Below are positions 1 to 12,447 of a stretch of DNA of 64,000 nucleotides, in pieces. A program made the position numbers and the translations under genes. The notes under the pieces are model-generated. The model was given only the letters and a program-made list of their open reading frames with translations. It had not been told where the DNA came from and searched no databases. The stretch is from positions 1,302,001-1,366,000 of the forward strand of contig CP075497.1 in assembly GCA_021613535.1 (NCBI GenBank), in the 5' to 3' direction. Position 1 is the first letter of the stretch; the number at the start of each line of letters is the position of its first letter. The DNA is from Adineta vaga. Its lineage: Eukaryota > Animalia > Rotifera.

Positions 1-1526
1 GTACAAGAGATAATCTTCTTTGTTCTTGTTGAATATGATGTGAAACAGAACCGCGAACAATTGTTTGAATTTGTTGTTCAGTTAAAGGTTCACCAATAAT
101 TGAATTTCTCCATTCATAAGCTTGTTCACCATGTTCTTCTTCATCTAAACCCATTTCTTCATCAAATGAACCTTTTAATCCAACTAATTTATCAATTAAT
201 TTTAATAAAATAATTGTTATTATTCCTGACCATAAACCAGTTATAACAACAGCCATTGATTGAACACCAAGTAAATATGGACTATGTGTACCAAAGAATA
301 ATCCATCACGACCATCTTCATTAAATGATTTTTGACCAAAAAATCCAATTGCTATTGAACCAACAACACCTGTTATTCCATGAACACTTGAAACATCTAA
401 ATAAAAATAGATTTATTTCTTTTTTCTTTTTCTTTTTCTCTTTACCGAGTGCATCATCAATACGTAATTTATGTTTAATTAAAAATATACTTGAATAAGA
501 AGTAATACCTAAAATAACTCCAAGAACCGCTCCGTATTGTGGATCAATATAACCCGAAGCAGGTGTTATACCAGCTAAACCAGCAATAACACCATTAAGA
601 ACAGCTGTAGCTGATGGTTTATGTCTTATCCAAGATATAATTAGCCAAATAACTCCACTTGTCACAGCTGATCTTTGTGTAGCAACAACAGTTGAAACAG
701 CTAATGAACCACTTTGTAAAGCACTACCCGCATTAAAACCAAACCATGCTGTCCATAATAAAGCGCCACCAAGTGCTGCTAATGGTAAATTTGATGGAGG
801 AAATTCTCCATTATATTTATCGAAGTCTTTTCTTTGTCCTAAAACAATTCCACAAATTAAAGCAGAAACACCCGATGTTGTATGAATAACCATTCCACCT
901 GCAAAATCCTTTTTTATTCGAAATTGAAAATAAATTTATTTATATATTTGACAAATATTTTACTTGAACTCCAAAATTTTTATTTAACCATCCATCTCCC
1001 CAAATCCAATGTGCAACTGGATAATAAATCAATAATTCCCAACCAATAATAAATAAAACAAATGCTTTATAACGAAGTCTTTCAGCAAATGCTCCTGTTA
1101 TTAATAAAGGTGAAATAGCTGCAAACATCATTTCAAAAAACCCAAATAAAGCTGCAGGAATATTTGGTGAATGTCTACTACAATCTGTATATGGAACATC
1201 TAACATTAATATATTATTTAAACCTCCGATAACTCCACCTACTGAATGTCCAAATACTAATGTATAACCAATTAAATGCCACATAACTGATAAAATAGAT
1301 GCACCACCAATAATTTGTGTGACTAATGAAACTGTATTGATACTTTTTAATAAACCGGCTTAAGAAGATAAAAATAGAAAGAAACAAATCTTTTGAAAAT
1401 TCAAAAATAAAAACCTTCAAAAAAAGCTAAAGCTGGCATCATTGATAAAACTAATATTGAGGAAATTAAAACCCATGTTGTATCACCTGTATTTATACAA
1501 CTAATTGTTTCATTTGGACTTAACAT
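1..1526 (-). CDS. Ammonium transporter (Amt/MEP family, AmtB-like); spliced; 3' end runs off the left edge of the window
   Basis: ATG at 1526 (MLSPNETISCINTGDTTWVLISSILVLSMMPALAFFE). Motifs FFEMMFAAISPLLITGAFAER, YYPVAHWIWG, DFAGGMVIH, WFGFNAGS, GLAGITP, DDAL-DVSSVHG across exons joined by at least 3 short introns. Confidence 0.93.
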
Positions 1527-1910
1527 TTTTATTTTACATGAAATAAAATAAAAAGATTTCTTTTTTTTTCAGATATTTATTTATTTATTTATTCTTATCT
1601 TATCATTTTGTTTATTTCAATGAAGAAAAAAAAACACATACACAGACGCAACGTTATTTAATTTATAAATTTAAAAAAAAGAGAAGGAAAAAAATGTCCT
1701 CGAAGTCTTTGCTTTATCTTATCATTTTTAAGACAAGATTGTTCTCGTCGTTAGGAAATGAGAAGAGGAAAAGAATTTTCCAGAATTTCTTTTTCATCAA
1801 TCTGAACCAATGGAAAAAAAAGAAAATGCCATCGTCAATCTCGAGTTCATCTCATTCTTTCCTCTTTTTTTTTCTTCTTCGACAGAACATATCTTTAACC
1901 TTCTCAAAAA

Positions 1911-2764
1911 ATGGGTGGAAATAGCTCGAAAAAACCGTTTACTGAATGGGATTTAATTGAATTTAGTAATATAACTGGTAAAGATATGAATTGTGAGATG
2001 AATTGAAAAAAAATATTCTTTCGTATTTTAGGTGTTCCTTTACCAACTGTTGAAAAGATTTATAAAGATTTTCAAAATGTAACAGGCAAAAATAATAAAA
2101 TGGATAAAAAAGAATTTCGTCAATTATATAAAGAAATGTATTTAAATGTTCAAAATGGAAATAATATTGCACCGTTTTTAACTGATCATGATTTAGATAA
2201 AATATCTGATCATGTTTTTGAAACTTATGATTTTGATGGATCAGGTTTAAAGAAAATATTTCAAAAAATTTTAGATAAATAATTTTTCTCTTTTTCTTTT
2301 TTTAAGGAAAACTTAGTTTTGAAGAATTTGCTGAAGTTTATTTAATGTTAAATCATTATGGAGGAACAAATCCAAATGGAACAACAAAAAAAGACAAATT
2401 TAATTATATTTTAGATCAATATGATGATCCAACACCTACTTTTATAACTCGTGAACGTGGTCAACAACTTATTAACAACCTTAATAAATATCAAACGTAT
2501 AAATTTCTTTTTATCTTTTTTTTTTCTTCTTTGAAATTCTTTTTTTCTTTTTTTAGTTTATCAAATTGGAATAAATCATTAAATACGAATCCAACAACAA
2601 CAGCATGGGAACATCATTGGAATAAACTTGATGATGGAAGTGGAAGGTTAACCTTTATTTTCTCGTGTGTGTGTGTTTTTTTCTAATTCTTTTCTTTTAG
2701 AATTCCAAAAGACAAATTTGTTGATTATATAACAAAGACCAACGAATATAAAGATCATTTTTAA
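1911..2764 (+). CDS. Small myristoylated EF-hand calcium sensor (neuronal calcium sensor/recoverin-like), about 5 exons
   Basis: Starts MGGNSSK (N-myristoylation consensus). Contains MDKKEFRQLYKEM and the EF loop VFETYDFDGSGKLSFEEF. Short GT-AG introns; TAA near 2764. Confidence 0.8.
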
Positions 2765-2858
2765 TGAAAATCAATTGAAAATTAGAAAACAAAGATTTCT
2801 TTGAAAAATAAATGTTGTTTATTATTATTTTAATCTCGCAAATATTTAGCTTTTCTTT

Positions 2859-4947
2859 TTAAAATAAATCTTGAATACAACCACCATTTTGTGTATCACA
2901 TTTCGTACCTTGTGGACAACAATGTCGACCATCTTCACAACATTGAGCCTAAATAGAAGCAAATAAAGATAAAGAAAAGAAAAGAAAAGAAAATAACAAA
3001 CATTAGGAAGTGTACAACAAGCATAATCTCCATCAGATGATCCAAATGTTTGACAACATGTTTGATCTTTTGAACAACCAAAATCCGATAAACCACATTG
3101 ATTATAATCAATATCTAATCGAAGATTTCTTAAAAGATTCACTTCTTTTAATTGACATGATAATTGTTTATCATCACATTGATAATTATTTGGACAACAA
3201 ACTGAACCATTTCCACCACAACAAACACCTTTTGAATAAGGACAACATGAATATTGTATTGGGTTTGTATTTTTATTTGGACAACATGTTGTTGTTAATG
3301 AACATTTTGTAATTCCGTCAGGACATAATTGATCATCTTTTTTATTTAATAAAGTAAATGATTGAAATTTTAAACCAGATGAAATTATTTCTTTTGTTTG
3401 ATTAAATTCATTAAAATTTCTAATACATCTTTTTCCCGTTATATCACATGAATAACCATTACCACAACAATGAATCTAATTTCAAATTCATTAAATGATT
3501 ATTTTATGAATAATTTATTTGAACAAACCTTATCAGAACAACAAGATCCATCTGAATATGGACAACAACCATATGAACCATCGGTTAATTGACAACATGT
3601 TGTTTCTTCTGGACAATAAGATTTTTCATCTATTTAATTGAAAATGCAAAAGAATTTTAAAAAAAACAAGAAAAGAAGATTTTACCAGGACATTGAATAG
3701 TTGAAATCTGTTGATTATTTGATATTTGAATACGTTTTGAAAGTTTTGTAATTGATTCTTGTTTTTTTAATAAAGGAATTGAAGGATATATATCATGATC
3801 ACATTTAAATATATGTAAATCACATTTATAATGTGCAGGACAACAATGAACATGATCAGAACAACAAATCTGTTTTATTTATTTGAAATTTTTTTTTTAA
3901 TTTCAAGTTAAAACTTACAGCATGTTCAATTGGACAACAACCATAAACTAATTCCTTTGTTAAACAACATGATGATGTTGATGGACATAAACCTTGGGAG
4001 AAAAAATGAAATTTATTAAAAGAAAAAGATCAAAACTAACTTGTGCCATCGGGACAAACGATTACAGCACTTTCTTGAGATTTTATTTCGATTTTATAAA
4101 GTGGCATTGCATTATTATCGATTTCTACAAAAACAAAACTTCAAAATTTTTTTAAATAAAAATATCAATTGTAAATAAACTTGGTTTTTTCTGAATCGCT
4201 GCTTGTTTTTTAAACCAAGGAATTGCAATATCTTGTATACATTGTCCTTTTTCCACATCACATTGATATCCATGTGGACAACAATGAATATAATCACCTT
4301 TTTTTTTCAATTAAAATATTTCTCTCTATCTTATTGAATTAACTTACTACAACAAACAGCATCATCTAAAATAAAATATAATAAAGAATTTCTTAATAAG
4401 AAAAGATTTATCTAATTACCTAAAGGACAACAACCGTAATCTCCTGATTTTAAAAGACAACATGTATTTCCATTTGGACATGCTGATGAACCTAAATAAA
4501 GATGTTTTTTTATTTAAGAAATAAAGAATGAAGAAATAATTAACCATCAGGACAAGGAACATCATTTGATGGTTGTTTTAAAGGAGTTGATAACTAAAAG
4601 AAAAAAGAAAAGATAATTAAAAGAAAAGAAAAGAAAAGAAAATATTTCCATACAATTAATTGATTATTTGATGAAGTACAATTTCCATTAGGTAAACATT
4701 TATGATCTTTTGGACAACAATGAAGACCATCATCACAACAAACTCCACTTTCTATGGGACAACAAGCCCATAAACCAGTTGTTGTCTGACAACATGTTTC
4801 TTTTCCAGAACATGTTACCTAAAATGAATTCATTTGAATTACGTAAATTGAATAAAGAATTGATTGAAATCTTACATTTGTTGGACAATTATAAGAATCT
4901 GCATTGATTTGAAATAAAAACGTTGAAAATAAAAACCAGAATAACAT
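2859..4947 (-). CDS. GRN: Progranulin-like precursor with 6 granulin domains, many short exons
   Basis: Hydrophobic N-terminus (MLFWFLFSTFLFQINA) followed by six C-C-CC-CC-CC-CC-C-C modules, e.g. CPDGSSACPNGNTCCLLKSGDYGCCPLDDAVCCSDYIHCCPHGYQCDVEKGQC. Ends GGCIQDLF*. Confidence 0.92.
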
Positions 4948-5466
4948 TTTTTGAATTAAATGAAAAGAAAAGAAATTTCAAAGGACATTTGAATAAAAAA
5001 CAAGATAAAAAGTTATACTGATAAGATTAAAAAAAAATATCTTTCGTCATTTTCTAAATAAATTTAACATGTGAAATATTTCTCATTGATATATTGTTAG
5101 TGAGAAGATTGATCAATCATTCGATTCTCCAATAACAGATGTCACTAGTTTAGTCGATTGAGAAAAGATCTTTATATAATAATATTCTTTCTCTTATATA
5201 GTTAAGTTGATTTTATAAAAGAAATTCTCTTTATTAATTTGATCTGATGAATGAATATATATATTTTTCTTTTTCAAAATGTCATGTATAATAAGAGGAA
5301 AAACGTAGATCTTATATTTCTATAGCAAAAGAAATAAGTCATGTGTAACCTAATATCATAAGATTTGGTTATGAATAAGTAAAGAGAGACGATATTTTTG
5401 TCAAAATAAAAGCATTCTTTTTTTTCTTCAAAAAACACAAATTATTATCGTTAAGAAAAGATAAAA

Positions 5467-6741
5467 ATGAATAGATTTCGTTTATTTCGAAGGAAACAAA
5501 TCAATTCTTCAGTTGAAACTTTAACTTCTTTAGCTAATTTGTTGGTATTTTATTTCCTATTTGGGATTTAAATAAAAAAAGATTTGTTTTTTTTTTCTTT
5601 TAGAAATTTTTCAAGACAAATTCTGCAAGGTTTTCTTTTGTTTTCAAAGATAAAATTTCATTTTTGAAAAAAAGGTTTTTTATTTATTAGGTCGAAAACG
5701 GTTGATAACAAAAGGTGGAAGTCTAAATGCTGAAAGGTATAATCATTTCCAAAGAAATTTTTCTTTTTATTCAAATTTTATTAAAATAGATTAAATATTG
5801 AAAATCGACATCTTTATTTACGTGATATATTTACATCATTATTAGATTTAAAATGGACATATATTTTAATTTTATTTTCATTATCATTTATTCTCTCTTG
5901 GTTATTATTTGCAAGTATTTGGTATGTAATAATGACTATTCATGGTGATTTTAATAATAAATCCTCGTCAAATGGAACTGAACATATTCCTTGTGTTCTT
6001 GGAATAAAAACTTTTTCTGGTGTTCTTCTTTATTCAATTGAAACTCAACAAACAATTGGTTATGGAACACGTGCAGTAACTGAACAATGTACAGGTGGAA
6101 TTATTTTATTAATAATTCAAAGTATATTTAGTTTAATAATTCAATCGTTATGGATTGGTCTTGTTTATACAAAATTATCACGTCCTAAACGACGTCGAAG
6201 AACATTAATTTGGTCACGTGTTGCTGTAATTTCTTTAAAAGATAATTATTTAACATTTCAATGTCGTCTAGCTGATATGAGATTTCATTCGACATTAATT
6301 GAAGCTCATATTCGAATGTATTTTATAAGAAAAAGACAAACAAAAGAAAATGAAATCATTCCATTAACTTTATATGATATGAATGTTGGTTATGACGAAG
6401 GTAAAGATCGTTTATTTGTTAATTGGCCTGTTATTATTGAACATAAAATTGATTTTAAAAGTCCTTTATTTGAAATCAACAAAGAAAATCTTACGAAAGA
6501 AAAATTTGAAATTTTAGTTATTCTTGAAGGAACAATTGAACCAACTGGAATGTTAACACAAATTAAGACATCTTATATGCCAAATGAAATTATTTGGGCA
6601 GGAAGATTTTCAAGAATGATTCGTTTTGATGAAGAACGTTATATTATTGATTATGCGAAATTTAATTCTGTTTATCAAGATAATGTTACAAAAGAATATT
6701 CAGCTAAACAACTTCAAGAAATCGATCAAAATAATTTATAG
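5467..6741 (+). CDS. Inward-rectifier potassium channel (Kir)
   Basis: Selectivity filter ETQQTIGYG, YLRDIFTSLLDLKW, EILVILEGTIEPTG, TSYMPNEIIWAGRF. The 5' exons are short and approximate. Confidence 0.93.
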
Positions 6742-6918
6742 AAAAAAAGAATCTTTTTTCTTCAAATTTTACTTTTTTTTTAAATGAGAAAAAAATGTTT
6801 GTTAGTTTTTTAATGTTTATAGAAAGAAAGAAGAAGAAAAAAAGCGTTGTCATCGTTTTTTTTCGAATATATAATTTAAAATAAAACGTTGAATGAATAC
6901 ATTTTACTTTTTTCAATC

Positions 6919-9900
6919 ATGTCATTGATTTCTTCACCATCTCATTTTGGAAAAAATCCTTCGTCATTTTCATTTTATACAAAAGTAACAACTTTACCAA
7001 AAATTACTCATCCATCAAAACTTATTGAAAATGAACAAAATCATTCATCATTAGATATTCGTGGACAATCAAAACTTTCTCGAACAAATTCGTCTCTTTC
7101 AAATTATGATCAAATACCTGAAAATATTGATGTTACAATTGGACAAGATAGAAGTCAAGTTCGTTTACCAATTTTCGGTAAAGATTTTCTTTGGTTTTTT
7201 TATTTAAATAATTCTTTCTTTTGAATTTTGATATAAAAAAAAGGTCGTCGACCATCAACAAATTGTTCAGTAAATGAAATCGATGAATTTTCTTCAATAT
7301 TGAAAGAAAAAGTTCGTTTACAAGAAAATGATATTCGAATTAAATTTCGTCATTCAATTGATTTTGATTCAAATGGAAAAATCTCTCTTCAAGCATTAAA
7401 ACATATAATCGCATCAATATTTGGAACACAAAAGCAAATTTCACCAAATCAAATTGAAAAATTATTAGAAAAATTTCATCTAAATCATATAACTAAAATT
7501 AGGTTAAATTCTTTCTTCTTCTTCTTCTTATAATCTTTTCTTTTATTTAGTTTTGATGAATTTCTTCATTGTTTATCAAATGAACGACAACAAACAAATC
7601 GAACAATCAAATCTTCATCGCAATCTTATTTAACAAAAAGAACAGCTGGACAAATCTTTATTATTCTGAAAGATAAAGCTCGAACAAAGTTTATTTTATT
7701 CGATTTTTCTTTGAAAATCAAATCTTGATTTCTTTCGTTTTAGAAGTGAAGATTTAGTTCGATTTTGTCCTTCATTAAATGGTGGAATACCTACAAAAAT
7801 ATTTAAAAGTCAATTTCAAAATTTCATTATTGATATGGGTTATCGAATGGTGGATAAAGAATTCGATAAATTATGGAATAAGTATATATTAGATTTATAA
7901 AAAAAGAAAACTTTTTATTTTTATTTTGAAATATAAAGATTCGATCCAGATGGTTTTCAATTAATTAATTCAGAAAAATTCATTAAAAAATTAACAAATG
8001 AACATTTCCTTATAGAAACTTGTTCAACATCAAGAAGTGAAACACAAGATCAACAAACCGCTATTTTAAAAGCATCATTTATGGATTCTCAACAAAGTTC
8101 ATTTCATTTTTCTTTCTTTTCTTTCTTCAAAATTAAATTCTTTCATTTAAGATTCAAATGATCAACTCGATGAAAATCAAATACAAAAGTGGTTTAAACA
8201 AAAACTTCCTCAATGTATTGATGAACTCGAACATTCTTTAAAAGAATTAGATCAATTCAATTCAGGACAGGTTGATTACTTAAATCATTGTTTTCTTATA
8301 AAATAAAAGATTTCTTTTTCTCTAGATTTCATCTCAATTATTTCTTCAACAATTAAAACAGTTTGGATTGATCCTCGAAGAGAATCTTTTAGAATATTTT
8401 TTAAAACGTTTGAATATTCAATCAACATTAAATAATCAACGTATTCATTATCCCGATGTTATTAAAGCATTTAAGCAAAAAATTGATTTAACAAAAAAAA
8501 GAAAGAAACTTGAAAATCCTTTGTTCGTTTAATTTTCTTAACATATTTTCGAAGAAAATTTGTTTTTATTCAATAGGTCTTCAGAAGAAATTCGTCAATC
8601 ATCATTGGAAAAACAAGTTGAATATTTAATATCATTAAATTATGATAAAATCTTAGATAAAATGAGAAGTTTTGATAAAAAACAAACTGGAACAATTGAA
8701 AATAATGAAATGAGATCATTAATTGAAGATTTACTTGAATTTCCATTACGACATGACGAATATGAAGAATTACATAAACATTTTCCAAAGAATGACTATG
8801 GGAAAATCAATTATTTAATTTATTTAAAACAAATCAAAGATCATTGCCATTCTCTCCATTCAATTAAGGAAGAACAAGAAGAAGAACAAACAAATCGAAG
8901 GTTTTTCTATTTCTTTTTCTTTTTTTTGTTGAGATATTGAAATGAATTTTAGTGAAAAAATTCCTCAATGGGATTATATGAGATCAACTAATATTCGTGA
9001 AAGTCTTAAACAAGAACATTACAATGAAAAAAAACTTTCAAAAGAAAATCATATTAATGAAAATAATTCTAAAGAAAATCCTCGATCAATTCAACAAGTT
9101 TGAATTTTATTCTTTTCTTTTAAAATTTTCTTTTTCTTTCTTTTTTTCAAGCTAAATCAAATATTAAAAACATTAATACAAACTCAATGTAAAGATATCG
9201 AAGAAGAATTTAATAAAATTGATTATTGTTCATATAGAGAGTTAACACAAGAATATCTTTATCGATTATTGAAACGGTAAGAAAAAAACGGTTTACTTTT
9301 TTGAAAATTTCAATTTTAATTTATTTCAAGTTTTCCTTCAATAAAACCTGAAATAAGTTTCAAAGAAATTCAACTAATTTGGTCTCAATGTCATTTAAAA
9401 GAAAGTGGAAAATTAGATTTTGATGAATTTCTTCGTCAATTTGGTTATTCAAAAGCATCTGCACATTATCCAAATGCCAAACAAAATCCTCCAACAAAAG
9501 GTGATAGAGATTTCCTATTAACATCAAATAAATTATATGGAGATACAATTCTTGTTCATGATACGACACGTCATATGATAAAAACAAATTGGGAGAATTT
9601 ACGAAGAGAATTTGTACAAATTGATCCATATAGAACTGGTTTTGTTCATTCAGAAGAATTTGATGAAATTATAATTGAATTTTGTCCATCGATTGTTCAA
9701 CAAGATCTTGATCTACTTAAAAAAGATTATCAAAATATAAATGATTCAAGGTAATATTTGATTGTTTTTCAAAATAAAATTTATTTGTATTTATTTATTT
9801 AAACCAAAAGAATAAATTATATTCAATTTTTAAAACAATATTCACCAAATAATGAATTTTTTCATGAAATTGATCAACGAACAAAAAGACCACTAACTAC

Positions 9901-10249
9901 AGTTAATGAAAATATAATTCGAAATGCATCCGAACGATCAAATATTAATGATATTTCAATAAAAATTCGACGAAAAGTAATTCTTATTTTGATATCATAC
10001 AAAATATATAATAAAATATACTTAATTTAGTTATCTCATTCATATAAACAAATCCGACGATCGTTTAAACAAGAAGATATAACTAATTGTGGTTCAATAT
10101 CTATTAAACCTTTTAAAGATATTTTAAATGAATATAAATGTTCTTTAAATGATGAAGAATTTTATATATTAATATCTCAACTTGATACAAAAATGAATGG
10201 AACAATTAATTATAATCATTTTCTTCAACAATATTTGAAGGATATTTAA
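6919..10249 (+). CDS. EFCAB6: Large multi-EF-hand protein, EF-hand calcium-binding domain-containing protein 6-like; many exons
   Basis: Repeated degenerate EF-hand pairs (FDKKQTGTIENNEMRSLI; WENLRREFVQIDPYRTGFVHSEEF; QLDTKMNGTINYNHFLQQY). Continuous spliced reading frame. The EFCAB6 assignment comes from recalled architecture. Confidence 0.72.
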
Positions 10250-10580
10250 TTTTATTGAATAATTGAGTTTTTTCAATAAGAATAAAAAGAATTTTCTTTT
10301 TTTTAAATGAATCTCATCATTAGGTCTACTTAAGGATGTGGATGAGTAAAGCTACCATAATTGGTTTCGTTCTCTGCTTAATAGAATTCATTGAGTGAGA
10401 GTGTGAAACTGGAGATGATGTTGTCTATCTCCATTCACTCTCATTGTCAAGATCGATTCAATTGATTCATCCATAAAATACATAATATTTCTTTCAATTC
10501 ATTTTCTTAATAAATTAAATTTTTTTCCAATGAAGAATAAACATAATTATTCAATAAATCAAATTTTTTTTTGATCATTG

Positions 10581-10630
10581 AGGGTGGGTTTGGTTTAAGA
10601 GTATAGTCTGACCCTCACACACACCCACAA
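10581..10630. repeat. Degenerate telomere-like (GGGTGT) inverted-repeat hairpin
   Basis: agggtgggtttgg...accctcacacacacccac; related to the copies at 11579, 14157 and 58376. Confidence 0.45.
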
Positions 10631-10745
10631 GCTCTCATACAATATATCACTGATGAAATCAGACGATATACATATTCTCTCTATTTGATCTGCTTCTTAT
10701 TGCAGAGTAATCTATTTTCATTACTAAATCACTACATAAAATAAT

Positions 10746-11305
10746 TTATTGAAATAAAAATAGATATACTGGGAGAATAAAAAAATAATTAATAGAAATG
10801 TTCGTAGTTCGATTAATTCTTGTGGAATATCCTACAAAAGAAATAAAAATAGTGAATTAATTTAATGAAATTTTAACAAAATATATTCGATATTAGAACT
10901 GACCTATTGAATAACAAGTATTCATAGGCATATTTGTATAACGATACAAATGTCAGCGCAGCAATTAATAGTGGTAGTACAACAATCAGAATTCGTTTTA
11001 CATAGTTTTCCCTTCATTGGACAAGAAGTAGGACAACCTTGAGTTGTACATTTACTATCACAGTAACAACTATTCGCATTACTGCTACACCATCGATCAA
11101 GACACTATAATTAGAATCAGTACATGGACTAGATTGACGTTTCTCATGTTTCACAATTCAGTACGCCATTTTTCCACAATATCTCGACGTTCATCATCTT
11201 CCGATGAGTCTACTGATGCGTCTCCATGGGCGGATGTGCATTATTATATATTATCCAGCATCCCAAGATAAGAAACAAACAACTTAATATTCTTGTATTC
11301 ATCAT
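10746..11305 (-). pseudogene. Frameshifted gene for a secreted, Cys-rich, possibly GPI-anchored peptide precursor
   Basis: Signal peptide MMNTRILSCLFLILGCWIIYNNA; acidic segment DASVDSSEDERR; KR site; Cys-rich CLDRWCSSNANSCYCDSKCTTQGCPTSCPMKGKLCKTNSDCC...CC; an intron; hydrophobic tail YFFILPVYLFLFQ*. Needs about 4 frameshifts. Confidence 0.55.
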
Positions 11306-11578
11306 TTTGTCGTGAATAAGTACAAATAAAAGTATTTATGATTCAATAGTGATATTCTCTATGTTATATACGTATTATTTATTATAATATATATCGCGAA
11401 AAATTGATTGACGAAAAAAGCAAAAGTTTATTGAGTATTTATAAAATATCGTAATAAAACGTATTATTTACAGGTAACTATATTGATGTATTTTTGTCTT
11501 TAAACTATCGAAGGTAATTTTTCTTCATTAATAATCAGACACGATTGAAAAATATATTACATTGTATTACATATCTCT

Positions 11579-11628
11579 AGGGTGTGGGTGTGGGTCTGAA
11601 TATAACACCCACACCTACACACACCCCT
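11579..11628. repeat. Telomere-like (TGTGGG)n inverted-repeat hairpin
   Basis: AGGGTGTGGGTGTGGGT - ctgaatataac - ACCCACACCTACACACACCCCT. Confidence 0.7.
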
Positions 11629-12447
11629 AATTTAACTCAATTCATGAATTAAATTTAAAAGAATTCAGAAACCATATGAATTGAGTTGAGTTGCTCAGCA
11701 ATGATATATTTTGTACATTTTGTTAGAAAATTCAAGATGTACACTAACAAAATCTGTTAGTAATTACTACTCATAACCTTTCGAACATATTTCGTTACGG
11801 ACATCGTGTTTATTTAATTAAATTTTTTCATTACTAATTCTTGCTTCTGTTGATTTATTATGCATTGCTAAAAAAATACAGTAAATTTTACTTATATACT
11901 ATACTTCCATCTCCTCCATATTATTGCCATTTATTATAACTATGATAACCTCACAATCTCCAGGTAAATTAGATTCCGAACATCTCCACTTGATTTCGCT
12001 GCTTTTTTCTAATGATGATCTCATCAAAGTGAATCACATAGACTTGTCTAGTCCGAATTCAATTCATATAACATTAGATAGACCATTCGGTATTTTTGTC
12101 GATGAATATTATACATCGAATCATTGTCTATACTTAAATATATTCTTCTTCATTAACATATATATTGATTTTTTCCTCTTATGTACTTTTTTTTAATAAT
12201 AGAGCTGTGTCATGTACTTTTTTTTCCAAAATGAATAATTGCAACAAACATTTTATAGAATATCGATAAGAAAAAACGCATTAAAAAAGACTAATGAGGT
12301 GACGAAACGAATTTTTTCTCTCGATGCGATGTAACCGAAGGTTTATGTATAAAGGAAGAAGACATATCGATATAATTGCATTTGCCTTGAAATCATTCGT
12401 ATGTGTCAGAAGATCGTTTATATTTGATTAGAATACAAAATATCAAA

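Noticed and set aside
3010-3312. N/H/D-rich plus-strand ORF (also 4710-4907)
   Set aside because: Antisense reading of Cys-rich granulin exons.
6741-6919. Kir to EFCAB6-like head-to-tail spacing of about 177 bp as a third operon
   Set aside because: No clear acceptor immediately upstream of the ATG, and enough space for a minimal promoter; evidence insufficient.
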